This document shows, one piece after another, positions 1 to 15,700 of a DNA stretch of 64,000 bases. The notes beneath the pieces are model-generated. The model saw only the letters and a list, made by a program, of their open reading frames with translations. It was not told the origin of the DNA and ran no database searches. Position 1 is the stretch's first letter; each line of letters begins with the position of its first letter. This DNA comes from Eledone cirrhosa (Eukaryota). A program made the translations under genes and the position numbers. Where the stretch lies: NCBI GenBank assembly GCA_964016885.1, contig OZ024755.1:44516001-44580000 (forward strand), written 5' to 3'.

Positions 1-2099
1 TATACAGTGTACCACAGTTGACATTACCAACATATACTGTGTACCACAGCTGACAATACCAACATATACTTGTACCTCAGTTGAGAGTACTACCATATAT
101 TGTGTACCACCGTTGACAATACCAACGTATACTGTGTACCACAGTTGACAGTACCAACGTATACTGTGCACCACAGTTGACAGTACCAACATATACTGTG
201 TACCACAGTTGACAATACCAACACATATAGTGTACCACAGTTGACAATACCAACACATATAGTGTACCACAGTTGACAGTACCAACGTATACTGTGTACC
301 ACAGTTGCCAATGCCAACATATAGTGTGTACCACAGTTGAGAGTACCAACATGTACCGTGTACCACAGTTGACAGTACCAACGTATACTGTGTACCACAG
401 TTGACAGTACCAACGTATACTGTTTACCACAGTTGACAATACCAACATATACTGTGTACCAGAGTTGACAGTACCCACATATACTGTGTACCACAGTTGA
501 CAGTTCCAACATATAAGGTGTACCACTGTTGATACTACCGACATATACTGTGTAGCACAGTTGACAGTACTAACATATACTGTGTACCACAGTTGAGAGT
601 ACCACCATATACTGGGTACCACTGTTGACAGTACCAACATATACTGTGTACCACAGTTGACAGTACCAACATATACTGTGTACCATAGTTGACAGTACCA
701 ACATATCCTGTGTACCTCAGTTGTCAGTACCAACATATACTGTATACCACAGTTGACAGTACCAACATATACTGTGTACTACTGTTGACAGTACCAACAT
801 ATACCGTGTACCACAGTTGACAGTACCAACATATACTGTGTACCACAGCTGACACTACCAACATATACTTGTACCTCAATTGACAGTACTACCATATATT
901 GTGTACCACAGTTGACAATACCAACACATATAGTGTACCACAGTTGACAGTACCAACGTATACTGTGTACCACAGTTGCGAATGCCAACATATACTGTGT
1001 ACCACAGTTGAGAGTACCAACATGTACCGTGTACCACAGTTGACACTACCAACGTATACTGTGTACCACAGTTGACAATACCAACATATACTGTGTACCA
1101 CAGTTGACAGTACCAACATATACTGTGTACCACAGTTGAAAGTACCAACGTATACTGTGTACCACAGTTGACAACACCAACATATACTGTGTACCACAGT
1201 TGACAGTACCAACATATACTGTATACCACAGTTGACAGTACCAACATATACTGTGTACCACAGTTGACAGTACCAACATATACTGTGTACCACAGTTGAC
1301 AGTACCAACATATACTGTATACCACAGTTGACAGTACCAACATATACTGTGTACCACTGTTGACAGTACCAACATATACCGTGTACCACAGTTGACAGTA
1401 CCAACATATACTGTGTACCACAGCTGACACTACCAACATATACTTGTACCTCAGTTGACAGTATTACAATATATTGTGTACCACCGTTGACAATACCAAC
1501 GTATACTGTGTACCACAGTTGACAGTACCAACGTATACTGTGCACCACAGTTGACAGTACCAAAATATACTGTGTACCACAGTTGACAATACCAACATAT
1601 ACTGTGTACCACAGTTGACAATACCAACACATATAGTGTACCACAGTTGACAGTACCAACGTATACTGTGTACCACAGTTGCCAATACCAACATATACTG
1701 TGTACCACAGTTGAGAGTACCAACATATACTGTGTACCACAGTTGACAGTACCAACATATACTGTGTACCACAGTTGACAGTACCAACATATACTGTGTA
1801 CCACTGTTGACAGTACCAACATATACCGTGTACCACAGTTGACAGTACCAACATATACTGTGTACCACAGTTGACAGTACCAACATATATTGTGTACCAC
1901 AGTTGCAAGTACCAACATATACTGTGTACCCTAGTTGACAGTACCAACATATCCTGTGTACCTCAGTTGTCAGTACCAACATATACTGTATACCACAGTT
2001 GACAGTACCAACATATACTGTGTACCACTGTTGACAGTACCAACATATAATGTGTACCACAGTTGACAGTACCATCATATACTGTGTACCACAGTTGAC

Positions 2100-5000
2100 A
2101 GTACCAACATATATTGTGTACCACAGTTGACAGTACCAACATATACTGTGTGCCATAGTTGACATTACCAACGTATATTGTGTACCACAGTTGACAGTAC
2201 CAACATATCCTGTGTACCTCAGTTGACAGTACCATCATATACTGTATACCACAGTTGACAGTACCAACATATACTGTGTACCACTGTTGACAGTACCAAT
2301 ATATACCGTGTACCACAGTTGACAGTACCAACATATACTGTGTACCACCGTTGACAATACCAACGTATACTGTGTACCACAGTTGACAGTACCAACATAT
2401 ACTGTGTACCACAGTTGACAATACCAACACATATAGTGTACCACAGTTGACTGTACCAACGTATATTGTGTACCACAGTTGACAATACCAACATATACTG
2501 TGTACCACAGTTGACAATACCAACACATATAGTGTACCACAGTTGACTGTACCAACGTATATTGTGTACCACAGTTGCCATTGCCAACATATACTGTGTA
2601 CCACAGTTGAGAGTACCAACATGTACCGTGTACCACAGTTGACAGTACCAACGTATACTGTGTACCACAGTTGACAATACCAACATATACTGTGTACCAC
2701 AGTTGACAGTACCAACATATACTGTGTACCCTAGTTGAAAGTACCAACGTATAATGTGTACCACAGTTGACAACACCAACATATACTGTGTATCACAGTT
2801 GACAGTACCAACATATACTGTATACCACAGTTGACAGTACCAACATATACTGTGTACCACAGTTGACAGTACCAACATATACTGTGTACCACAGTTGACA
2901 GTACCAACATATACTGTATACCACAGTTGACAGTACCAACATATACTGTGTACCACTGTTGACAGTACCAACATATACCGTGTACCACAGTTGACAGTAC
3001 CAACATATACTGTGTACCACAGCTGACACTACCAACATATACTTGTACCTCAGTTGACAGTACTACCATATATTGTGTACCACCGTTGACAATACCAACG
3101 TATACTGTGTACCACAGTTGACAGTACCAACGTATACTGTGCACCACAGTTGACAGTACCAACATATACTGTGTACCACAGTTGGCAGTACCAACATATA
3201 ATGTGTACCTCAGTTGACAGTACCAACATATACTGTGTACCACGGTTGACAGTACCAACGTATACTGTGTACCACAGTTGACAGTACCAACGTATACTGT
3301 GTACCACAGTTGACAGTACCAATATATACTGTGTAACACAGTTGACAATACCAACATATAATGTGTACCACAGTTGACAGTACCAACGTATACTGTGAAC
3401 CACTGTTGGCAATACCAACATATACTGTGTACTACAGTTGACAGAACCAACATATACAGTGTACCACAGTTGACAGTACCAACATATACTGTGTACCACA
3501 GTTGACAGTACCAACATATACTGTGTACCACAGTTGACAGAACCAACATGTACCGTGAACCACAGTTGACAGTACCAACGTATACTGTGTACCACAGTTG
3601 AGAGTACCAACGTATAGTGTGTACCACAGTTGACAGTACCAACATATACTGTGTACCACAGTTGACAGTACCAACATATACTGTGTACCACAGTTCACAG
3701 TACCAACGTATACTGTGTACCACATTTGACAGTACCAACATATACTGTGTACCACAGTTGACAGTACCAACATATACTGTGTACCACTTTTGACAGTACC
3801 AACATATACCGTGTATCACATTTGACAGTACCAACATATACTGTGTACCACTGTTGACAGTACCAACATATACTGTGTACCACAGTTGACAGTACCAACA
3901 TGTACCGTGTACCACAGTTGACAGTACCAACGTATACTGTGTACCACAGTTGACAATACCAACATATACTGTGTACCACAGTTGACAGTACCAACATATA
4001 CTGTGTACCACAGTTGAAAGTACCAACGTATACTGTGTACCACAGTTGACAACACCAACATATACTGTGTACCACAGTTGACAGTACCAACATATACTGT
4101 ATACCACAGTTGACAGTACCAACATATACTGTGTACCACAGTTGACAGTACCAACATATACTGTGTACCACAGTTGACAGTACCAACATATACTGTATAC
4201 CAGAGTTGACAGTACCAACATATACTGTGTACCACTGTTGACAGTACCAACATATACAGTGTACCACAGTTGACATTACCATCATATACTGTGTACCACA
4301 GCTGACAATACCAACATATACTTGTACCTCAGTTGAGAGTACTACCATATATTGTGTACCACCGTTGACAATACCAACGTATACTGTGTACCACAGTTGA
4401 CAGTACCAACGTATACTGTGCACCACAGTTGACAGTACCAACATATACTGTGTACCACAGTTGACAATACCAACATATACTGTGTACCACAGTTGACAAT
4501 ACCAACACATATAGTGTACCACAGTTGACAATACCAACACATATAGTGTACCACAGTTGACAGTACCAACGTATACTGTGTACCACAGTTGCCAATGCCA
4601 ACATATAGTGTGTACCACAGTTGAGAGTACCAACATGTACCGTGTACCACAGTTGACAGTACCAACGTATACTGTTTACCACAGTTGACAATACCAACAT
4701 ATACTGTGTACCAGAGTTGACAGTACCCACATATACTGTGTACCACAGTTGACAGTTCCAACATATAAGGTGTACCACTGTTGATACTACCGACATATAC
4801 TGTGTAGCACAGTTGACAGTACTAACATATACTGTGTACCACAGTTGAGAGTACCACCATATACTGGGTACCACTGTTGACAGTACCAACATATACTGTG
4901 TACCACAGTTGACAGTACCAACATATACTGTGTACCATAGTTGACAGTACCAACATATCCTGTGTACCTCAGTTGTCAGTACCAACATATACTGTATACC

Positions 5001-8000
5001 ACAGTTGACAGTACCAACATATACTGTGTACCACTGTTGACAGTACCAACATATACCGTGTACCACAGTTGACAGTACCAACATATACTGTGTACCACAG
5101 CTGACACTACCAACATATACTTGTACCTCAATTGACAGTACTACCATATATTGTGTACCACCGTTGACAATACCAACGTATACTGTGTACCACAGTTGAC
5201 AGTACCAACGTATACTGTGCACCACAGTTGACAGTACCAACATATACTGTGTACCACAGTTGACAATACCAACATATACTGTGTACCTCAGTTGTCAGTA
5301 CCAACATATACTGTATACCACAGTTGACAGTACCAACATATACTGTGTACCACAGTTGACAGTACCAACGTATACTGGGTACCACAGTTGACAGTACCAA
5401 CATATAATGTGTACCACAGTTGACAGTACCATCATATACTGTGTACCACAGTTGACAGTACCAACATATATTGTGTACCACAGTTGACAGTACCAACATA
5501 TACTGTGTACCATAGTTGACATTACCAACGTATATTGTGTACCACAGTTGACAGTACCAACATATCCTGTGTACCTCAGTTGACAGTACCATCATATACT
5601 GTATACCACAGTTGACAGTACCAACATATACTGTGTACCACTGTTGACAGTACCAATATATACCGTGTACCACAGTTGACAGTACCAACATATACTGTGT
5701 ACCACAGCTGACACTACCAACATATACTTGTACCTCAGTTGACAGTACTACCATATATTGTGTACCACCGTTGACAATACCAACGTATACTGTGTACCAC
5801 AGTTGACAGTACCAACGTATACTGTGCACCACAGTTGACAGTACCAACATATACTGTGTACCACAGTTGACAATACCAACATATACTGTGTACCACAGTT
5901 GACAATACCAACACATATAGTGTACCACAGTTGACAGTACCAACGTATATTGTGTACCACAGTTGCCAATGCCAACATATACTGTGTACCACAGTTGAGA
6001 GTACCAACATGTACCGTGTACCACAGTTGACAGTACCAACGTATACTGTGTACCACAGTTGACAATACCAACATATACTGTGTACCACAGTTGACAGTAC
6101 CAACATATACTGTGTACCACAGTTGAAAGTACCAACGTATACTGTGTACCACAGTTGACAACACCAACATATACTGTGTATCACAGTTGACAGTACCAAC
6201 ATATACTGTATACCACAGTTGACAGTACCAACATATACTGTGTACCACAGTTGACAGTACCAACATATACTGTGTACCACAGTTGACAGTACCAACATAT
6301 ACTGTATACCACAGTTGACAGTACCAACATATACTGTGTACCACTGTTGACAGTACCAACATATACTGTGTACCCTAGTTGACATTACCAACGTATATTG
6401 TGTACCACAGTTGACAGTACCAACATGTACTGTGTACCACAGTTGACAGTACCAACGTATACTGTGTACCACAGTTGACAGTACCAACGTATACTGTGCA
6501 CCACAGTTGACAGTACCAAAATATACTGTGTACCACAGTTGACAATACCAACATATACTGTGTACCACAGTTGACAATACCAACACATATAGTGTACCAC
6601 AGTTGACAGTACCAACGTATACTGTGTACCACAGTTGCCAATACCAACATATACTGTGTACCACAGTTGAGAGTACCAACATATACTGTGTACCCTAGTT
6701 GACAGTACCAACATATCCTGTGTACCTCAGTTGACAGTACCAACATATACTGTGTACCACTGTTGACAGTACCAACATATACCGTGTACCACAGTTGACA
6801 GTACCAACATATACTGTGTACCACAGTTGACAGTACCAACATATATTGTGTACCACAGTTGCAAGTACCAACATATATTGTGTACCACAGTTGACAGTAC
6901 CAACATATACTGTGTGCCATAGTTGACATTACCAACGTATATTGTGTACCACAGTTGACAGTACCAACATATCCTGTGTACCTCAGTTGACAGTACCATC
7001 ATATACTGTATACCACAGTTGACAGTACCAACATATACTGTGTACCACTGTTGACAGTACCAATATATACCGTGTACCACAGTTGACAGTACCAACATAT
7101 ACTGTGTACCACCGTTGACAATACCAACGTATACTGTGTACCACAGTTGACAGTACCAACATATACTGTGTACCACAGTTGACAATACCAACACATATAG
7201 TGTACCACAGTTGACTGTACCAACGTATATTGTGTACCACAGTTGACAATACCAACATATACTGTGTACCACAGTTGACAATACCAACACATATAGTGTA
7301 CCACAGTTGACTGTACCAACGTATATTGTGTACCACAGTTGCCATTGCCAACATATACTGTGTACCACAGTTGAGAGTACCAACATGTACCGTGTACCAC
7401 AGTTGACAGTACCAACGTATACTGTGTACCACAGTTGACAATACCAACATATACTGTGTACCACAGTTGACAGTACCAACATATACTGTGTACCCTAGTT
7501 GAAAGTACCAACGTATAATGTGTACCACAGTTGACAACACCAACATATACTGTGTATCACAGTTGACAGTACCAACATATACTGTATACCACAGTTGACA
7601 GTACCAACATATACTGTGTACCACAGTTGACAGTACCAACATATACTGTGTACCACAGTTGACAGTACCAACATATACTGTATACCACAGTTGACAGTAC
7701 CAACATATACTGTGTACCACTGTTGACAGTACCAACATATACCGTGTACCACAGTTGACAGTACCAACATATACTGTGTACCACAGCTGACACTACCAAC
7801 ATATACTTGTACCTCAGTTGACAGTACTACCATATATTGTGTACCACCGTTGACAATACCAACGTATACTGTGTACCACAGTTGACAGTACCAACGTATA
7901 CTGTGCACCACAGTTGACAGTACCAACATATACTGTGTACCACAGTTGGCAGTACCAACATATAATGTGTACCTCAGTTGACAGTACCAACATATACTGT

Positions 8001-11000
8001 GTACCACGGTTGACAGTACCAACGTATACTGTGTACCACAGTTGACAGTACCAACGTATACTGTGTACCACAGTTGACAGTACCAATATATACTGTGTAA
8101 CACAGTTGACAATACCAACATATAATGTGTACCACAGTTGACAGTACCAACGTATACTGTGAACCACTGTTGGCAATACCAACATATACTGTGTACTACA
8201 GTTGACAGAACCAACATATACAGTGTACCACAGTTGACAGTACCAACATATACTGTGTACCACAGTTGACAGTACCAACATATACTGTGTACCACAGTTG
8301 ACAGAACCAACATGTACCGTGAACCACAGTTGACAGTACCAACGTATACTGTGTACCACAGTTGAGAGTACCAACGTATAGTGTGTACCACAGTTGACAG
8401 TACCAACATATACTGTGTACCACAGTTGACAGTACCAACATATACTGTGTACCACAGTTCACAGTACCAACGTATACTGTGTACCACATTTGACAGTACC
8501 AACATATACTGTGTACCACAGTTGACAGTACCAACATATACTGTGTACCACTTTTGACAGTACCAACATATACCGTGTATCACATTTGACAGTACCAACA
8601 TATACTGTGTACCACTGTTGACAGTACCAACATATACTGTGTACCACAGTTGACAACACCAACATATACTGTGTACCACAGTTGACAGTACCAACATATA
8701 CTGTGTACCACAGTTGACAGTACCAACATATACTGTGTACCACAGTTGACAGTACCAACATATACTGTATACCAGAGTTGACAGTACCAACATATACTGT
8801 GTACCACTGTTGACAGTACCAACATATACAGTGTACCACAGTTGACATTACCATCATATACTGTGTACCACAGCTGACAATACCAACATATACTTGTACC
8901 TCAGTTGAGAGTACTACCATATATTGTGTACCACCGTTGACAATACCAACGTATACTGTGTACCACAGTTGACAGTACCAACGTATACTGTGCACCACAG
9001 TTGACAGTACCAACATATACTGTGTACCACAGTTGACAATACCAACATATACTGTGTACCACAGTTGACAATACCAACACATATAGTGTACCACAGTTGA
9101 CAATACCAACACATATAGTGTACCACAGTTGACAGTACCAACGTATACTGTGTACCACAGTTGCCAATGCCAACATATAGTGTGTACCACAGTTGAGAGT
9201 ACCAACATGTACCGTGTACCACAGTTGACAGTACCAACGTATACTGTTTACCACAGTTGACAATACCAACATATACTGTGTACCAGAGTTGACAGTACCC
9301 ACATATACTGTGTACCACAGTTGACAGTTCCAACATATAAGGTGTACCACTGTTGATACTACCGACATATACTGTGTAGCACAGTTGACAGTACTAACAT
9401 ATACTGTGTACCACAGTTGAGAGTACCACCATATACTGGGTACCACTGTTGACAGTACCAACATATACTGTGTACCACAGTTGACAGTACCAACATATAC
9501 TGTGTACCATAGTTGACAGTACCAACATATCCTGTGTACCTCAGTTGTCAGTACCAACATATACTGTATACCACAGTTGACAGTACCAACATATACTGTG
9601 TACCACTGTTGACAGTACCAACATATACCGTGTACCACAGTTGACAGTACCAACATATACTGTGTACCACAGCTGACACTACCAACATATACTTGTACCT
9701 CAATTGACAGTACTACCATATATTGTGTACCACCGTTGACAATACCAACGTATACTGTGTACCACAGTTGACAGTACCAACGTATACTGTGCACCACAGT
9801 TGACAGTACCAACATATACTGTGTACCACAGTTGACAATACCAACATATACTGTGTACCTCAGTTGTCAGTACCAACATATACTGTATACCACAGTTGAC
9901 AGTACCAACATATACTGTGTACCACAGTTGACAGTACCAACGTATACTGTGTACCACAGTTGACAGTACCAATATATAATGTGTACCACAGTTGACAGTA
10001 CCATCATATACTGTGTACCACAGTTGACAGTACCAACATATATTGTGTACCACAGTTGACAGTACCAACATATACTGTGTACCATAGTTGACATTACCAA
10101 CGTATATTGTGTACCACAGTTGACAGTACCAACATATCCTGTGTACCTCAGTTGACAGTACCATCATATACTGTATACCACAGTTGACAGTACCAACATA
10201 TACTGTGTACCACTGTTGACAGTACCAATATATACCGTGTACCACAGTTGACAGTACCAACATATACTGTGTACCACAGCTGACACTACCAACATATACT
10301 TGTACCTCAGTTGACAGTACTACCATATATTGTGTACCACCGTTGACAATACCAACGTATACTGTGTACCACAGTTGACAGTACCAACGTATACTGTGCA
10401 CCACAGTTGACAGTACCAACATATACTGTGTACCACAGTTGACAATACCAACATATACTGTGTACCACAGTTGACAATACCAACACATATAGTGTACCAC
10501 AGTTGACAGTACCAACGTATATTGTGTACTACAGTTGCCAATGCCAACATATACTGTGTACCACAGTTGAGAGTACCAACATGTACCGTGTACCACAGTT
10601 GACAGTACCAACGTATACTGTGTACCACAGTTGACAATACCAACATATACTGTGTACCACAGTTGACAGTACCAACATATACTGTGTACCACAGTTGAAA
10701 GTACCAACGTATACTGTGTACCACAGTTGACAACACCAACATATACTGTGTATCACAGTTGACAGTACCAACATATACTGTATACCACAGTTGACAGTAC
10801 CAACATATACTGTGTACCACAGTTGACAGTACCAACATATACTGTGTACCACAGTTGACAGTACCAACATATACTGTATACCACAGTTGACAGTACCAAC
10901 ATATACTGTGTACCACTGTTGACAGTACCAACATATACTGTGTACCCTAGTTGACATTACCAACGTATATTGTGTACCACAGTTGACAGTACCAACATGT

Positions 11001-11210
11001 ACTGTGTACCACAGTTGACAGTACCAACGTATACTGTGTACCACAGTTGACAGTACCAACGTATACTGTGCACCACAGTTGACAGTACCAACATATACTG
11101 TGTACCACAGTTGACAATACCAACATATACTGTGTACCACAGTTGACAATACCAACACATATAGTGTACCACAGTTGACAGTACCAACGTATACTGTGTA
11201 CCACAGTTGC
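2100..11210. repeat. Near-tandem duplication of about 4.5 kb (about 2100-6640 vs about 6864-11210); the second copy lacks 6 monomers
   Basis: The rare variant GTGCCATAG occurs at about 2150 and 6914 (+4764). ORFs are identical at +4764 (2219/6983, 3050/7814) and then at +4572 (4329/8901, 5748/10320). The 192-bp shift equals 6 monomers. Ends are approximate. Confidence 0.88.
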
Positions 11211-12061
11211 CAATGCCATCATATACTGTGTACCACAGTTGAGAGTAACAACATATACTGTGTACCACAGTTGACAGTACCAATGTATACTGTGTACCAC
11301 AGTTGAAAGTACCAACATATACTGTGTACCACAGTTGACAGTACCAACATATACTGTGTACTCTAGTTGACATTACCAACGTATATTGTGTACCACAGTT
11401 GACAGTACCAACATGTACTGTGTACCACAGTTGACATTACCAACGTATACTGTGTACCACAGTTGACAGTACCAACGTATACTGTGTACCACAGTTGACA
11501 GTACCAACATATAACGTGTACCACACTTGGCAGTACCATCATATACTCTGTACCACAGTTGACAGTACCAACATATATCGTGTACCACAGTTGACAGTAC
11601 CAACATATACTGTGTACCATAGTTGACATTACCAACGTATATTGTGTACCACAGTTGACAGTACCAACATATACTGTGTACCACAGTTGACAATACCAAC
11701 ATATACTGTGTACCACAGTTAACAATACCAACACATATAGTGTACCACAGTTGACAGTACCAACGTATACTGTGTACCACAGTTGCGAATGCCAACATAT
11801 ACTGTGTACCACAGTTGAGAGTACCAACATGTACCGTGTACCACAGTTGACACTACCAACGTATACTGGGTACCACAGTTGACAATACCAACATATACTG
11901 TGTACCACAGTTGACAGTACCACCATATACTGTGTACCACAGTTGAAAGTACCAACGTATACTGTGTACCACAGTTGACAGTACCAACATATACTGTGTA
12001 CCACTGTTGACAGTACCAACATATACCGTGTACCACAGTTGACAGTACCAACATATACTGT

Positions 12062-12764
12062 GTACCACAGCTGACACTACCAACATATACTTGTACCTCA
12101 ATTGACAGTACTACCATATATTGTGTACCACCGTTGACAATACCAACGTATACTGTGTACCACAGTTGACAGTACCAACGTATACTGTGCACCACAGTTG
12201 ACAGTACCAACATATACTGTGTACCACAGTTGACAATACCAACATATACTGTGTACCACAGTTGACAATACCAACACATATAGTGTACCACAGTTGACAG
12301 TACCAACGTATACTGTGTACCACAGTTGCCAATGCCAACATATACTGTGTACCACAGTTGAGAGTACCAACATGTACCGTGTACCACAGTTGACACTACC
12401 AACGTATACTGTGTACCACAGTTGACAATACCAACATATACTGTGTACCACAGTTGACAGTACCAACATATACTGTGTACCACAGTTGAAAGTACCAACG
12501 TATACTGTGTACCACAGTTGACAACACCAACATATACTGTGTACCACAGTTGACAGTACCAACATATACTGTATACCACAGTTGACAGTACCAACATATA
12601 CTGTGTACCACAGTTGACAGTACCAACATATACTGTGTACCACAGTTAACAGTACCAACATATACTGTATACCACAGTTGACAGTACCAACATATACTGT
12701 GTACCACTGTTGACAGTACCAACATATACCGTGTACCACAGTTGACAGTACCAACATATACTGT
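12062..12764. repeat. Example of the 22-monomer (703 bp) higher-order block, beginning with the 31-bp landmark monomer GTACCACAGCTGACACTACCAACATATACTT
   Basis: The landmark TT falls at 12091, 12794, 13721, 14424, 15703, 16534, 17237, 18164 and 18867 (CT variant). Spacings are 703, 927, 703, 1279, 831, 703, 927 and 703 bp, i.e. 22, 29, 22, 40, 26, 22, 29 and 22 monomers minus 1 bp. Confidence 0.9.
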
Positions 12765-15700
12765 GTACCACAGCTGACACTACCAACATATACTTGTACC
12801 TCAGTTGACAGTATTACCATATATTGTGTACCACCGTTGACAATACCAACGTATACTGTGTACCACAGTTGACAGTACCAACGTATACTGTGCACCACAG
12901 TTGACAGTACCAAAATATACTGTGTACCACAGTTGACAATACCAACATATACTGTGTACCACAGTTGACAATACCAACACATATAGTGTACCACAGTTGA
13001 CAGTACCAACGTATACTGTGTACCACAGTTGCCAATGCCAACATATACTGTGTACCACAGTTGAGAGTACCAACATATACTGTGTACCACAGTTGACAGT
13101 ACCAACATATACTGTGTACCACAGTTGACAGTACCAACATATACTGTGTACCACAGTTGACAGTACCAATGTATACTGTGTACCACAGTTGACAGTACCA
13201 ACATATGCTGTGTACCACAGTTGACAGTACCAACATATACTGTGTACCATAGTTGACATTACCAACGTATATTGTGTTCCACAGTTGACAGTACCAACAT
13301 GTACTGTGTACCACAGTTGACAGTACCAACGTATACTGTGTACCACAGTTGACAGTACCAACGTATACAGTGTACCACAGTTGACAGTACCAACATATAC
13401 TGTGTACCACAGTTGACAGTACCATCATATACTGTGTACCACAGTTGACAGTACCAACATATATTGTGTACCACAGTTGACAGTACCAACATATACTGTG
13501 TACCATAGTTGACATTACCAACGTATATTGTGTAACACAGTTGACAGTACCAACATATCCTGTGTACCTCAGTTGACAGTACCAACATATACTGTATACC
13601 ACAGTTGACAGTACCAACATATACTGTGTACCACTGTTGACAGTACCAATATATACCGTGTACCACAGTTGACAGTACCAACATATACTGTGTACCACAG
13701 CTGACACTACCAACATATACTTGTACCTCAGTTGACAGTACTACCATATATTGTGTACCACCGTTGACAATACCAACGTATACTGTGTACCACAGTTGAC
13801 AGTACCAACGTATACTGTGCACCACAGTTGACAGTACCAACATATACTGTGTACCACAGTTGACAATACCAACATATATTGTGTACCACAGTTGACAATA
13901 CCAACACATATAGTGTACCACAGTTGACAGTACCAACGTATATTGTGTACCACAGTTGCCAATGCCAACATATACTGTGTACCACAGTTGAGAGTACCAA
14001 CATGTACCGTGTACCACAGTTGACAGTACCAACGTATACTGTGTACCACAGTTGACAATACCAACATATACTGTGTACCACAGTTGACAGTACCAACATA
14101 TACTGTGTACCCTAGTTGAAAGTACCAACGTATACTGTGTACCACAGTTGACAACACCAACATATACTGTGTATCACAGTTGACAGTACCAACATATACT
14201 GTATACCACAGTTGACAGTACCAACATATACTGTGTACCACAGTTGACAGTACCAACATATACTGTGTACCACAGTTGACAGTACCAACATATACTGTAT
14301 ACCACAGTTGACAGTACCAACATATACTGTGTACCACTGTTGACAGTACCAACATATACCGTGTACCACAGTTGACAGTACCAACATATACTGTGTACCA
14401 CAGCTGACACTACCAACATATACTTGTACCTCAGTTGACCGTACTAACATATATTGTGTACCACCGTTGACAATACCAACGTATACTGTGTACCACAGTT
14501 GACAGTACCAACGTATACTGTGCACCACAGTTGACAGTACCAACATATACTGTGTACCACTGTTGGCAGTACCAACATATAATGTGTACCTCAGTTGACA
14601 GTACCAACATATACTGTGTACCACAGTTGACAGTACCAACGTATACTGTGTACCACAGTTGACAGTACCAACGTATACTGTGTACCACAGTTGACAGTAC
14701 CAATATATACTGTGTAACACAGTTGACAATACCAACATATAATGTGTACCACAGTTGACAGTACCAACGTATACTGTGAACCACTGTTGGCAATACCAAC
14801 ATATACTGTGTACTACAGTTGACAGAACCAACATATACAGTGTACCACAGTTGACAGTACCAACATATACTGTGTACCACAGTTGACAGTACCAACATAT
14901 ACTGTGTACCACAGTTGACAGAACCAACATGTACCGTGAACCACAGTTGACAGTACCAACGTATACTGTGTACCACAGTTGAGAGTACCAACGTATAGTG
15001 TGTACCACAGTTGACAGTACCAACATATACTGTGTACCACAGTTGACAGTACCAACATATACTGTGTACCACAGTTCACAGTACCAACGTATAGTGTGTA
15101 CCACATTTGACAGTACCAACATATACTGTGTACCACAGTTGACAGTACCAACATATACTGTGTACCACTTTTGACAGTACCAACATATACCGTGTATCAC
15201 ATTTGACAGTACCAACATATACTGTGTACCACTGTTGACAGTACCAACATATACTGTGTACCACAGTTGACAGTACCAACATGTACCGTGTACCACAGTT
15301 GACAGTACCAACGTATACTGTGTACCACAGTTGACAATACCAACATATACTGTGTACCACAGTTGACAGTACCAACATATACTGTGTACCACAGTTGAAA
15401 GTACCAACGTATACTGTGTACCACAGTTGACAACACCAACATATACTGTGTACCACAGTTGACAGTTCCAACATATACTGTATACCACAGTTGACAGTAC
15501 CAACATATACTGTGCACCACAGTTGACAGTACCAACATATACTGTGTACCACAGTTGACAGTACCAACATATACTGTATACCAGAGTTGACAGTACCAAC
15601 ATATACTGTGTACCACTGTTGACAGTACCAACATATACAGTGTACCACAGTTGACATTACCAACATATACTGTGTACCACAGCTGACAATACCAACATAT

